The translations under genes were made by a program, and so were the position numbers. DNA of 30,959 bases from a virus (taxonomy: Duplodnaviria; Caudoviricetes). The notes beneath the pieces are model-generated. The model did no database searches. It was given only the letters and a program-made list of their open reading frames with translations, and was not told the origin of the DNA. Location of the stretch: the IMG/VR virus record IMGVR_UViG_3300017911_002547, positions 1-30,959 of that record, one strand, 5' to 3'. Positions 18,265 to 25,982 of this stretch are shown in pieces (the stretch's first letter is position 1; the number at the start of each line of letters is the position of its first letter).

Positions 18265-19035
18265 ATGATCATACTTAAAATACAAGGCGGCCTGTGTAAT
18301 CAGCTCTTTCAATGGGCCTATGCATACAAGCTTAGCAAATCGTACGAGCTATATATTGACAATTCATTTTACGGCACTCAATTTTTAGAGCCGTTAGTTA
18401 CGAATAGAGAATTTCAATTAAATGAAATTTCAAAAAACCCCTTGTCTTTATTAGATAATCAAGCGTATCAAAAATTCATTCAAAAACCCGTTCAACGCAT
18501 TGTTGACGATTTTCATTTTAGCAAACACAACTTTTCCCTAGGTAAAAATTATTATCTAGAGGGATACTGGCAAAGCGAAAAATATTTTTTTGAAATCAAA
18601 GATGAAATCATCAACTCATTTGTTTGGCCAGAAATCAAAGATTTAGACTTTAAAAATTCTTGCTCGCTTCATGTTCGTCGCGGCGACTATCTAAAAACTC
18701 AACACGTTCACCCGGTTCAAACAATTGATTACTATAATAAAGCTCTTGATATCGTTCAGCCAAAAGGCAATATATTTATATTCTCAGATGATATAGAATG
18801 GTGCAAAAACAATCTTTCTTTTGATAAAATGATTTTCATGGAAAAAAATTCTAATATTTATGATCTTCGCGCAATGAGCTTGTGTTCTGATAATATTATA
18901 GCAAACAGTAGTTTTAGCTGGTGGGGCGCTTGGTTAAATCAAAACGAAAATAAAAAAATTGTATGTCCTAAAAACTGGTTTTCGGATGGAACAAACGACT
19001 CAGATATTAAGCCTACAGACTGGATAGAAATTTAA
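18265..19035 (+). CDS. Alpha-1,2-fucosyltransferase, family GT11
   Basis: QGGLCNQLFQWAY, GYWQSEKYF, HVRRGDY, FSDDIEWC, IIANSSFSWWGAWL, PKNWF. Confidence 0.92.
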   Translation: MIILKIQGGLCNQLFQWAYAYKLSKSYELYIDNSFYGTQFLEPLVTNREFQLNEISKNPLSLLDNQAYQKFIQKPVQRIVDDFHFSKHNFSLGKNYYLEGYWQSEKYFFEIKDEIINSFVWPEIKDLDFKNSCSLHVRRGDYLKTQHVHPVQTIDYYNKALDIVQPKGNIFIFSDDIEWCKNNLSFDKMIFMEKNSNIYDLRAMSLCSDNIIANSSFSWWGAWLNQNENKKIVCPKNWFSDGTNDSDIKPTDWIEI

Positions 19036-19050
19036 ACTTTAATTCTTCCC

Positions 19051-19071
19051 GTGTAATTCTATAATCTAACA
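19051..19071 (+). promoter_or_regulatory. GTGTA-type putative late promoter upstream of gmd
   Basis: GTGTA ATTCTATAATCTAACA ATG (16-nt spacing). It also contains TATAAT, so it could instead be a sigma70 -10. Confidence 0.45.
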
Positions 19072-20103
19072 ATGAAAAAAACAATAGTAACAGGAGTCAC
19101 TGGCCAAGACGGAAGTCATATGGTCGATTATCTATTAAAGAATACGGATCATAAAATATATGGTTCGGTAAGAAGATTGAGTGTTAAAAATCACGAGAAT
19201 ATTTTGCATCTAGAAAATGAGCCGCGATTTCATTTGATTGACATGGATCTAAATGATGCGCACAGCATGCGAGATGTGATACTTGACATTCAACCCGATT
19301 ACTTTATCAATTTTGCGGCACAATCATTTGTTGCTGGCAGTTGGAATTATCCAATTCAAACATGGGACACAGATGCAAATGCCGTGCTTCACATTCTTGA
19401 ATCGATTCGTCGATTTGCGCCGCAATGTAGATTCTACAATGCTGGATCAAGTGAAGAATTTGGAGATGTAATAACAAGCCCTCAGAACGAAGATCATCCA
19501 CTACGCCCACAAAGTCCTTATGGCGCCGCAAAATGCGCTGCTAGACACCTTGTACGCGTCTACAGAGAGTCTTATAATCTGTATGCAGTTCAAGGTTGGT
19601 TATTCAACCACGAAGGCAGTCGACGCGGTCTTGATTTTGTGACTCGTAAAATTAGTCACAGCATTGCAAAAATAAAACTTGCGCTCGAAAGAAAGCGCCC
19701 AATTCCTGTGTTGAAGCTTGGAAACATTGAAGCGCAGCGCGACTGGAGTGATGCAGAAGATTTTATGGAAGGTGTTTGGTTGATGCTCAATCAATCGGCG
19801 CCAAAAAATTATGTATTGGGCAGCGGCGAAATGCATACAGTCAGAGAATTTCTTGAAGAAACATTAAAATGTGCAGGCATTCAATTTGAATCGCGTGGCA
19901 CAGAAGACAATGAAAAATATTATACCATCGATGGTGAATTAATTTTTGAAGTTGATCCAAAATTTTATCGACCTGCAGAAGTGCATGAATTGTGCGGCGA
20001 TCCAACGCTTGCAGAAAACGAAATGGGTTGGGTGCGCAAAACAGATTTTGCTGGATTGGTAAAAAAGATGTATCAAAGCGATTATATGACTCTCAGTCGA
20101 TGA
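19072..20103 (+). CDS. gmd: GDP-mannose 4,6-dehydratase
   Basis: TGVTGQDG, AAQSFV, AGSSEEFG, PQSPYGAAK, LFNHE..RRG.DFVTRKI, LGN....RDW, RPAEV. Confidence 0.95.
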   Translation: MKKTIVTGVTGQDGSHMVDYLLKNTDHKIYGSVRRLSVKNHENILHLENEPRFHLIDMDLNDAHSMRDVILDIQPDYFINFAAQSFVAGSWNYPIQTWDTDANAVLHILESIRRFAPQCRFYNAGSSEEFGDVITSPQNEDHPLRPQSPYGAAKCAARHLVRVYRESYNLYAVQGWLFNHEGSRRGLDFVTRKISHSIAKIKLALERKRPIPVLKLGNIEAQRDWSDAEDFMEGVWLMLNQSAPKNYVLGSGEMHTVREFLEETLKCAGIQFESRGTEDNEKYYTIDGELIFEVDPKFYRPAEVHELCGDPTLAENEMGWVRKTDFAGLVKKMYQSDYMTLSR

Positions 20104-21056
20104 AGCGCAAATCAATCTTTCTAGCGGGTCACCGTGGAATGGTTGGATCTGCGGTTTTAAATTGCTTACAAGACAATGGTTACGAAAATGTAATCACGCG
20201 AACTCGCGGCGAATTAGATTTAATCAATCAAGCACAAGTTGATAGTTTTTTCGCAAAAGAACGCCCAGATGCAGTAATCATTTGTGCAGCAAAAGTCGGC
20301 GGCATACTCGCAAACAATACACTTCGCGCAGACTTTATCTATCAAAATCTACAAATTGCAAGCAACCTAATACATGCTTCTTACAAATACTTTGTTGAAA
20401 AACTAATCAATCTTGGTAGTTCATGCATATATCCTCGTGATGCAAAAATACCCATTATAGAAGAAAGTCTTTTAACGGATGTACTAGAAAAAACAAACGA
20501 ACCATATGCTATCGCTAAAATAGCAGCAATCAAATTGTGTGAAAGTTATTATCAACAATACAACAATAATTTTTATTCGATTATGCCGTGCAACATGTAT
20601 GGGCCGCGAGATAATTTTGATTTGAAAAGTTCGCATGTTTTACCAGCGCTCATAAGAAAAGTAGATCAAGCAAAAGAAAGTGGCGCCGAAAATGTGGAAG
20701 TTTGGGGTAGTGGCAAGCCGTTGCGCGAATTTCTGTATGTTGACGATCTGGCGCAAGCAATAACATATTGTCTTGAAAACGTTGACGCGGCAGACATATA
20801 CAACAAAGGCATTTCGCACATCAATTGTGGATCTGATGATGAAGTATCTATTCTTGAATTGACGCATCTGATACAAAAAGTTGTGGGTTATCAAGGAGAT
20901 GTTGTGTTCGACTCCAGCAAACCCGATGGCACATATCGCAAAAAAATGGACAACACTCAATTATCCAACATTGGATTCACACCCAAAACATCACTAGAAC
21001 AAGGACTACAACAAACATATGCTTGGTATCTAGAAAACAAACAAAAATTTGTGTAA
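20100..21056 (+). CDS. fcl: GDP-L-fucose synthase
   Basis: GHRGMVGS, AAKVGGI, LGSSCIYP, YAIAK, PCNMYGP.DNF, SHVLPAL, REFLYVDD. True start is ATG 20100 (ATGA overlap with the gmd stop), not TTG 19992. Confidence 0.95.
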   Translation: MKRKSIFLAGHRGMVGSAVLNCLQDNGYENVITRTRGELDLINQAQVDSFFAKERPDAVIICAAKVGGILANNTLRADFIYQNLQIASNLIHASYKYFVEKLINLGSSCIYPRDAKIPIIEESLLTDVLEKTNEPYAIAKIAAIKLCESYYQQYNNNFYSIMPCNMYGPRDNFDLKSSHVLPALIRKVDQAKESGAENVEVWGSGKPLREFLYVDDLAQAITYCLENVDAADIYNKGISHINCGSDDEVSILELTHLIQKVVGYQGDVVFDSSKPDGTYRKKMDNTQLSNIGFTPKTSLEQGLQQTYAWYLENKQKFV

Positions 21057-21065
21057 CTAATATCT
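21051..21065 (+). promoter_or_regulatory. GTGTA-type putative late promoter overlapping the fcl stop
   Basis: GTG TAA (last codons of fcl) reads as GTGTA ACTAATATCT ATG (10-nt spacing). Confidence 0.55.
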
Positions 21066-22259
21066 ATGGAAAATGAATCTCACTCTGCAAAACGTTCTGG
21101 ACCAAAGAGTTCAGCACAGACCCCCGCTAAAAAATCCGAGCAAAAAAAAGGTTCTGAAAAAAATAAACCTGGAAGCGCTGGAGAAAAAGGTAGTAAAATC
21201 ACCTTTTCTGACCGCGTGCTTGAATCCTTAAAAACCAAAGTAAAAGAACATAACTCCAAGTACAGTAAAAAAGTTACGCTTTCTCAATTAAAAAAAGTAT
21301 ATCGCAGGGGAGCAGGCGCATTTTCTTCTAGCCATCGACCCGGCAAAAGTCGTGGTCAATGGGCCATGGCTCGAGTCAATATGTTTCTGAAAATGGTTCG
21401 AGGGGGTAAAGTTAAAGACAGTTATCGCAAGGCAGATCAAGATGTGGCCAAGGCCTCTGCGGGTTTTATAATCGAAGATGGAGTAAGAGACGAAGCAAAT
21501 CTTTTTACAGAAGAAGATCTTATTGCCGCAAAGCTTGACATCCACAATTACCAACTACAAGAAGATCCAGAATTTACTGATGACATGTGGGATACAATTT
21601 TTATTGATGTTGATGAACTTGGCTTCGAAGAGTATACCGATGAAGAAAGCTGGGCTGCAGAAAAAAATAAAGGCAAAAAACTAAACAAACCATTTCGCAC
21701 ACCAGGTGGACCAAAAAAGTTTTCTGTTTATGTGAAAAATGAAAAAGGTAATGTTGTTAAAGTAAATTTCGGCGATCCAAACATGGAAATCAAACGCGAC
21801 GATCCAGGTCGCCGCAAAAACTTTAGAGCGCGTCACAACTGCGCAAATCCTGGACCAAAAACAAAAGCTAGATATTGGAGCTGCAAAATGTGGAGTAAAA
21901 AGAGTGTCACAAATGTGACCAAGGGCGAAGAAGATTCCGAACAAGAAGTTGAACAAGCAGAAGAAACTACAGAAGCAAAAACAGGTCTTTGGGAAAACAT
22001 TCGCAAAAAGAAAAAACGCATGGGTAAAAATTACAAACCCGCGAAACCTGGTAGCAAAGATCGTCCTAGCAAAGAAGCTTGGAAGAAAGCTCAATCTGCG
22101 GACGAAGAAAAAGATTTTAAACCACACATGATGTACGATCCAAAAACAGGAAAAGCCGTAGAAGCAAAGACATACAAACAACATCTACAACTAAAAGAAA
22201 AAGGATATACGCACGAAAAACCTGATGCATCAAAGGGTGGGCATCACGGAAAAAAATAA
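21066..22259 (+). CDS. Modular basic protein, possibly an internal head/DNA-binding protein
   Basis: K/R-rich modules (LKKVYRRGAGAF...WAMARVN; LNKPFR...RARHNC...YWSCKMW; GLWENIR...; FKPHMMYDP...GYTH) separated by acidic linkers. Confidence 0.55.
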   Translation: MENESHSAKRSGPKSSAQTPAKKSEQKKGSEKNKPGSAGEKGSKITFSDRVLESLKTKVKEHNSKYSKKVTLSQLKKVYRRGAGAFSSSHRPGKSRGQWAMARVNMFLKMVRGGKVKDSYRKADQDVAKASAGFIIEDGVRDEANLFTEEDLIAAKLDIHNYQLQEDPEFTDDMWDTIFIDVDELGFEEYTDEESWAAEKNKGKKLNKPFRTPGGPKKFSVYVKNEKGNVVKVNFGDPNMEIKRDDPGRRKNFRARHNCANPGPKTKARYWSCKMWSKKSVTNVTKGEEDSEQEVEQAEETTEAKTGLWENIRKKKKRMGKNYKPAKPGSKDRPSKEAWKKAQSADEEKDFKPHMMYDPKTGKAVEAKTYKQHLQLKEKGYTHEKPDASKGGHHGKK

Positions 22260-22262
22260 ATT

Positions 22263-22676
22263 ATGCCTGCTCCACAAAGCTTCAACAAAATAAAACTCAC
22301 CACAAGCAACAATAGTGAGTATGATATTATGTTGTCTGAAGTTAGTGGCAAGCTTTATATTGACAACAATCCTGTTATATTAGATCAAGATTATTTTTCC
22401 CTCAAAACAGTTACAGAAACAAGCTATACAACAGAATCAGATTATACTCATTTTTTGTATGATGATGATACAGCTGGCGGAGCAATTTCAGTCACTTTAT
22501 CCGCTCCGTCTGGACACAACAATCTTTCTCAACACAAAAAAATTGGATCGTCTGGAGATGTTGTACTTAATGCTCCGAATGGATCAACTATTGACGGAGC
22601 AAGTTCTTATACTTTAGATATTAAATACGAAGCAATCGGCTTATATACCGACGGATCAAACTATTTTATACAATGA
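22263..22676 (+). CDS. Putative virion/tail accessory protein
   Basis: DTAGGAISVTLSAP...TIDGASSYTL...LYTDGSNYFI, a beta-rich module typical of phage tail proteins. Confidence 0.5.
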   Translation: MPAPQSFNKIKLTTSNNSEYDIMLSEVSGKLYIDNNPVILDQDYFSLKTVTETSYTTESDYTHFLYDDDTAGGAISVTLSAPSGHNNLSQHKKIGSSGDVVLNAPNGSTIDGASSYTLDIKYEAIGLYTDGSNYFIQ

Positions 22677-22972
22677 GTCACACTCCAAAAATACCAGGAC
22701 TTCAAGAGGGCACAACCTTACAGTCAAACATTGGAGGACTGCAAGATGATGTTTCTACAATTAAATCTGACATCACAACATTGCAATCTGATGTACAATC
22801 ATTTAAGCCAACATTTAACGTTACAACTCGCGATACAGAAGCAAATATTTTAGCAAGCACACCTACTAATCCTAGCGGAGAAGCTAATATAGCGTTTGGT
22901 ACAGACACCTACGATTACTATATTTATTATGGCAGTGCTTGGTACATTTTTAACAACGATAACGATTATTAA
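22673..22972 (+). CDS. Putative fibre-like virion protein
   Basis: Short heptad (LQDDVSTIKSDITTLQSDV) followed by FGTDTYDYYIYYGSAW. Confidence 0.5.
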   Translation: MSHTPKIPGLQEGTTLQSNIGGLQDDVSTIKSDITTLQSDVQSFKPTFNVTTRDTEANILASTPTNPSGEANIAFGTDTYDYYIYYGSAWYIFNNDNDY

Positions 22973-22977
22973 TAGCT

Positions 22978-23763
22978 ATGCCAACTACAATACCAACTAC
23001 CACATCAACTTCTCGCGCAAACCTCTCCCCTTCTGCGGGAGACGCTTACTTTGAAACGGACACGAAGAACTATATTATATATGACGGCACGAATTGGCGT
23101 GTTTATATTAGTGACGGCATTGATCTTAATTATTCCTCAAGCAACACACACTCGGGATACTTTGACGGTAATGACTATGCGATAGGAACAGTCGAAGCTT
23201 TAAGCGGTGTTAATGCTTTTAGCGCTTCGTTTTGGTTTAGGTATAACTCGGTTAATAAGATTCCTTTAAGCGGGGGAAGCAGTATATCAACCCGATGGCA
23301 GATTCATTTAGTAAGTGGTACTAAAATTGAATACAGCTCTGATCCTACTGGAACATATCCCGGGCCAACGCACCCTTCATGGACTGTTGCCTCAATGTCT
23401 TCATCTAACTGGTATCATGTCGCTTTAATTCACGATAATACTTCAGTTACACTTTATCTAAACGGAGCATCACAAGGAACAAAAACAGGAGCAGCTTCGG
23501 CCAATCAAACATGGAGAGGAACAAACCTTAATATAGGTCGATACGGCGTCGCATCCTCTTATTATTGGGATGGCTGGATAGATGAAGTATCTGTTTTCAA
23601 TAGAGCGTTAACAAGCACAGAGGTTACTAATATTTATTCAAATAAAAGTTATTTAAGCCCAACAGCTTTATGGCGTTTAAATAACAACACTACTGATGAG
23701 TTAGGTAATTACGATCTTACTAACAACACCATAACTTTTGACAATAATAATAAAGCATATTAA
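22978..23763 (+). CDS. LamG/concanavalin A-like lectin domain virion protein
   Basis: YFETDT...IYDGTNW N-terminus; FDGNDY, FSASFW, WYHVA, LYLNG, GWIDEVSVFNRALT. Confidence 0.8.
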   Translation: MPTTIPTTTSTSRANLSPSAGDAYFETDTKNYIIYDGTNWRVYISDGIDLNYSSSNTHSGYFDGNDYAIGTVEALSGVNAFSASFWFRYNSVNKIPLSGGSSISTRWQIHLVSGTKIEYSSDPTGTYPGPTHPSWTVASMSSSNWYHVALIHDNTSVTLYLNGASQGTKTGAASANQTWRGTNLNIGRYGVASSYYWDGWIDEVSVFNRALTSTEVTNIYSNKSYLSPTALWRLNNNTTDELGNYDLTNNTITFDNNNKAY

Positions 23764-23765
23764 TT

Positions 23766-24002
23766 ATGAACAACAGAACTTATGTTATAGCAGACACTTC
23801 GGAGATTAGCGATTTTGACTTTGACCAACTTATAGACATTAACGAATCGTATAGCCGAAAAAGCTTAGACGGCTCAAAGATTCTTGCTAGGTATGAAGGC
23901 GCGCAACCATCTTTCCTAAGTGGAAAGATGGAGTACAACCAAGAAGAGATTCTTGCCATCGTTGAAGGTCCTGAGTGGACGAACGAAGACGTTCTTAGAT
24001 AG
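23766..24002 (+). CDS. Small acidic protein following the LamG gene
   Basis: 78 aa, 2 nt after the LamG gene; RKSLDGSKILARYEG..P.FL. Confidence 0.65.
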   Translation: MNNRTYVIADTSEISDFDFDQLIDINESYSRKSLDGSKILARYEGAQPSFLSGKMEYNQEEILAIVEGPEWTNEDVLR

Positions 24003-24072
24003 AGGGCTTGCGGCCAATTAATCAAAAATAAACAACACATCATATACTTGCAATAGTAAAGATAGAATTGTT

Positions 24073-24636
24073 TTGATTCTTTCTCATTTTTGGACGCCGA
24101 TAAATATAACTACGGCAAAAGAAGGTGTTCGAAAATTAATATCTTGTGGATCGAAATATTTGAAAGAGCCAACGGTTCGAGCGTTGAGTGCGAGTGGTGA
24201 GCCGTTAACATGGGATGAATGGATAGATGCTTCTCGCGCAAGCTATTATCAATCACAACCATTTTTAACAAGCTGCAGTAGAATATATCCTGTTCCGACC
24301 ATTTTATTGACCACATCAAAGTGGGTATTTCAAACAACACAAAAACCAAATCTTAGATATCTATACAAAAGATATCGCGGACGTTGTCAAATATGCGGCG
24401 ATAAGTTTGATATCAAAGACATGACCATTGAACATGTTTATCCAAAAAGCAAAGGCGGCCCAAAAGAAGATCACAATATCACACTAACTTGCCAACCATG
24501 CAACTGCAAAAAAGGAGCAATGTATCCATATCAAAATTACCGCGGCGAAGAGCTAACAGGATACAAACCACTTCAACATTTTCACGCATTCCAAAAAGAA
24601 CGCGTCGAATGGCAGCCGTTTCTATTTAAAAACTAG
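24073..24636 (+). CDS. HNH endonuclease (McrA-like, zinc-binding); start uncertain
   Basis: CQICG, TIEHVYPKSKGG, NITLTCQPCNCKKG. The frame is open back to 24022 without ATG/GTG. Confidence 0.85.
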   Translation: MILSHFWTPINITTAKEGVRKLISCGSKYLKEPTVRALSASGEPLTWDEWIDASRASYYQSQPFLTSCSRIYPVPTILLTTSKWVFQTTQKPNLRYLYKRYRGRCQICGDKFDIKDMTIEHVYPKSKGGPKEDHNITLTCQPCNCKKGAMYPYQNYRGEELTGYKPLQHFHAFQKERVEWQPFLFKN

Positions 24637-24640
24637 ACAC

Positions 24641-24668
24641 AAAAAAGCCCCCTCGTTTCCGAGGAGGC
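24641..24668 (-). terminator. Rho-independent terminator
   Basis: Minus strand GCCTCCTCG GAAA CGAGGGGGC TTTTTT, at the convergence of the HNH and beta-barrel genes. Confidence 0.88.
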
Positions 24669-24690
24669 CAAGTAACCATATTCAATAAAT

Positions 24691-25341
24691 TTAAAAACTC
24701 GCAGTCAATGATGCGGCAACAATGCAATCACTTTCGATAACATCAGAATTTACCTGATCTACACTCAATGAAAGAGCAAGATTTTTTGTAATATCTTTGC
24801 TTGCACCAATTCCAACAGAATAATAATCTACATTATCTCCATTGTTTAAATCGGTATTACCAATTGTTCCGCGAACAGACAAATCAACACTATTAATGGA
24901 AATGTCGTGATATAATCCAGCTTCAAAAGTGTATTGATTTTGGTCAACATTACGAGCCGCAGAAATCGTTGGACTCAATGTGGTATTTAAATCTACACTC
25001 AATACAACATCAAGATTGCTTGCGTCATCAAGTTGCTCAAAATGCTCAATTCCGCCATAAACAGAAAGCAACGAGCCAAGGCTCTTGCCAATTCCGCCAG
25101 AAAGAATGTAAACATCGCTGTCTGCACCTGTGCTGTGTGCGGTTTGCGCGCCGACCGAAACATCAAATCCACCCTTTGTGGTGGCATAAGATGCAGACGT
25201 TTGTAGAGAATCTTCTGAGATTAGAGATCCGCGACGAAACACGTCTGAGCCGTAGCCGGTGGATAAAGATCCAGATCCAGCAAAAGCTGCGTTAATAGAG
25301 AGAGCTGCCAAAGCAGTAAGTGTTAATAATTTAGTTTTCAT
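24691..25341 (-). CDS. Outer-membrane beta-barrel protein (TorF-like putative porin)
   Basis: Sec signal peptide MKTKLLTLTALAALSINAAFA, alternating amphipathic strands, Y.SD.F.RG first strand, C-terminal ASLTASF with terminal Phe. Confidence 0.75.
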   Translation of the reverse strand: MKTKLLTLTALAALSINAAFAGSGSLSTGYGSDVFRRGSLISEDSLQTSASYATTKGGFDVSVGAQTAHSTGADSDVYILSGGIGKSLGSLLSVYGGIEHFEQLDDASNLDVVLSVDLNTTLSPTISAARNVDQNQYTFEAGLYHDISINSVDLSVRGTIGNTDLNNGDNVDYYSVGIGASKDITKNLALSLSVDQVNSDVIESDCIVAASLTASF

Positions 25342-25355
25342 AATTTAAACTGTAT

Positions 25356-25383
25356 ATAATATCATAAATTTGACAAAAGTCAA
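25356..25383 (-). promoter_or_regulatory. sigma70-type promoter with extended -10
   Basis: TTGACT-16 nt-TATTAT preceded by TG; the -35 overlaps the hsp20 TGA stop. Confidence 0.55.
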
Positions 25384-25787
25384 TCTATTTCTATACGTTT
25401 TGTTTTTTGTTGTTTTCTGGGTATGTTTATGTATAGTATACCATCTTTGTTTGACGCTTTGATTTTGTTTGTGTCGAGTTCGTTTTTGAGGGTGAATAGA
25501 TTGGTTGACTCGCGCGGTTCAAATTGTTGATGTAGATATTTTTCTTCTTTTTGTTGCGGCGATTTGCAGATCACTTTTAGCACTCCATTTTCGCACGATA
25601 ATTGGATATCCTCTTTTGAGACACCTGGACATTCTAATTGTATTTCAATTTCTTTTTCGCGGCTTATGATATTGGCGGGACGTCTTGACTCAACTGTGTC
25701 AAACAGTGAATCAGAGAACAAATTCTCAAGCAGACTGCTCCATGCGTTAGTATTTTTATTGTATGAATTATTTATATAGTATGACAT
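25380..25787 (-). CDS. Small heat-shock protein, Hsp20/alpha-crystallin family
   Basis: PANI, LECPGVSKEDI, ENGVLKV, IKASNKDGILYINIP, C-terminal IxI motif RIEI. Confidence 0.9.
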   Translation of the reverse strand: MSYYINNSYNKNTNAWSSLLENLFSDSLFDTVESRRPANIISREKEIEIQLECPGVSKEDIQLSCENGVLKVICKSPQQKEEKYLHQQFEPRESTNLFTLKNELDTNKIKASNKDGILYINIPRKQQKTKRIEID

Positions 25788-25826
25788 TTTGTTTCTTTGT
25801 TTGATTGTTTGAGACTATGTGTCACA

Positions 25827-25843
25827 AAAAACACTGTGTTTTT
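25827..25843. promoter_or_regulatory. Operator-like palindrome in the hsp20 leader
   Basis: AAAAACAC T GTGTTTTT, perfect 8-bp arms. Confidence 0.35.
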
Positions 25844-25863
25844 GATATTCACGTTTATATATT

Positions 25864-25880
25864 TGCTGCTTTCATGCCAA
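25864..25880 (-). promoter_or_regulatory. sigma54-like -24/-12 promoter upstream of hsp20
   Basis: TTGGCATG AAAG CAGCA: exact GG-N10-GC spacing, strong -24 box, imperfect -12 box. Confidence 0.45.
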
Positions 25881-25907
25881 ATAAAAAGCCCCCATTGCTG
25901 GGGGCTT
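25881..25907 (-). terminator. Rho-independent terminator
   Basis: Minus strand AAGCCCCCA GCAA TGGGGGCTT TTTAT (GNRA loop). Confidence 0.88.
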
Positions 25908-25967
25908 AAAGGTTAGTTGTTGTGTGTTATGTATTAATCAAGGCATTCAGTGCTCTTTGCTGTGTAT
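25883..25967 (-). ncRNA. Candidate ~85-nt small RNA
   Basis: GTGTA motif at 25981-25977 with no downstream ORF (only ATG CCT TGA), closed by a strong terminator. Confidence 0.3.
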
Positions 25968-25982
25968 AATATTTATTACACC

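Noticed and set aside
19992-20099. 36-aa N-terminal extension of Fcl in the ORF track
   Set aside because: Overlaps the gmd coding region; the Rossmann motif starts right after ATG 20100.
15041-21056. Bacterial O-antigen/capsule locus, i.e. a host chromosome origin for the window
   Set aside because: No wzx, wzy, wzz, manB or manC. The cluster is coupled by gene overlaps to phage-type replication genes and flanked by portal and virion genes.
25577-25603. TTAGCACTC, a CIRCE half-site, within hsp20
   Set aside because: No GAGTGCTAA second arm after 9 nt, and it lies mid-CDS (encodes GVLK).
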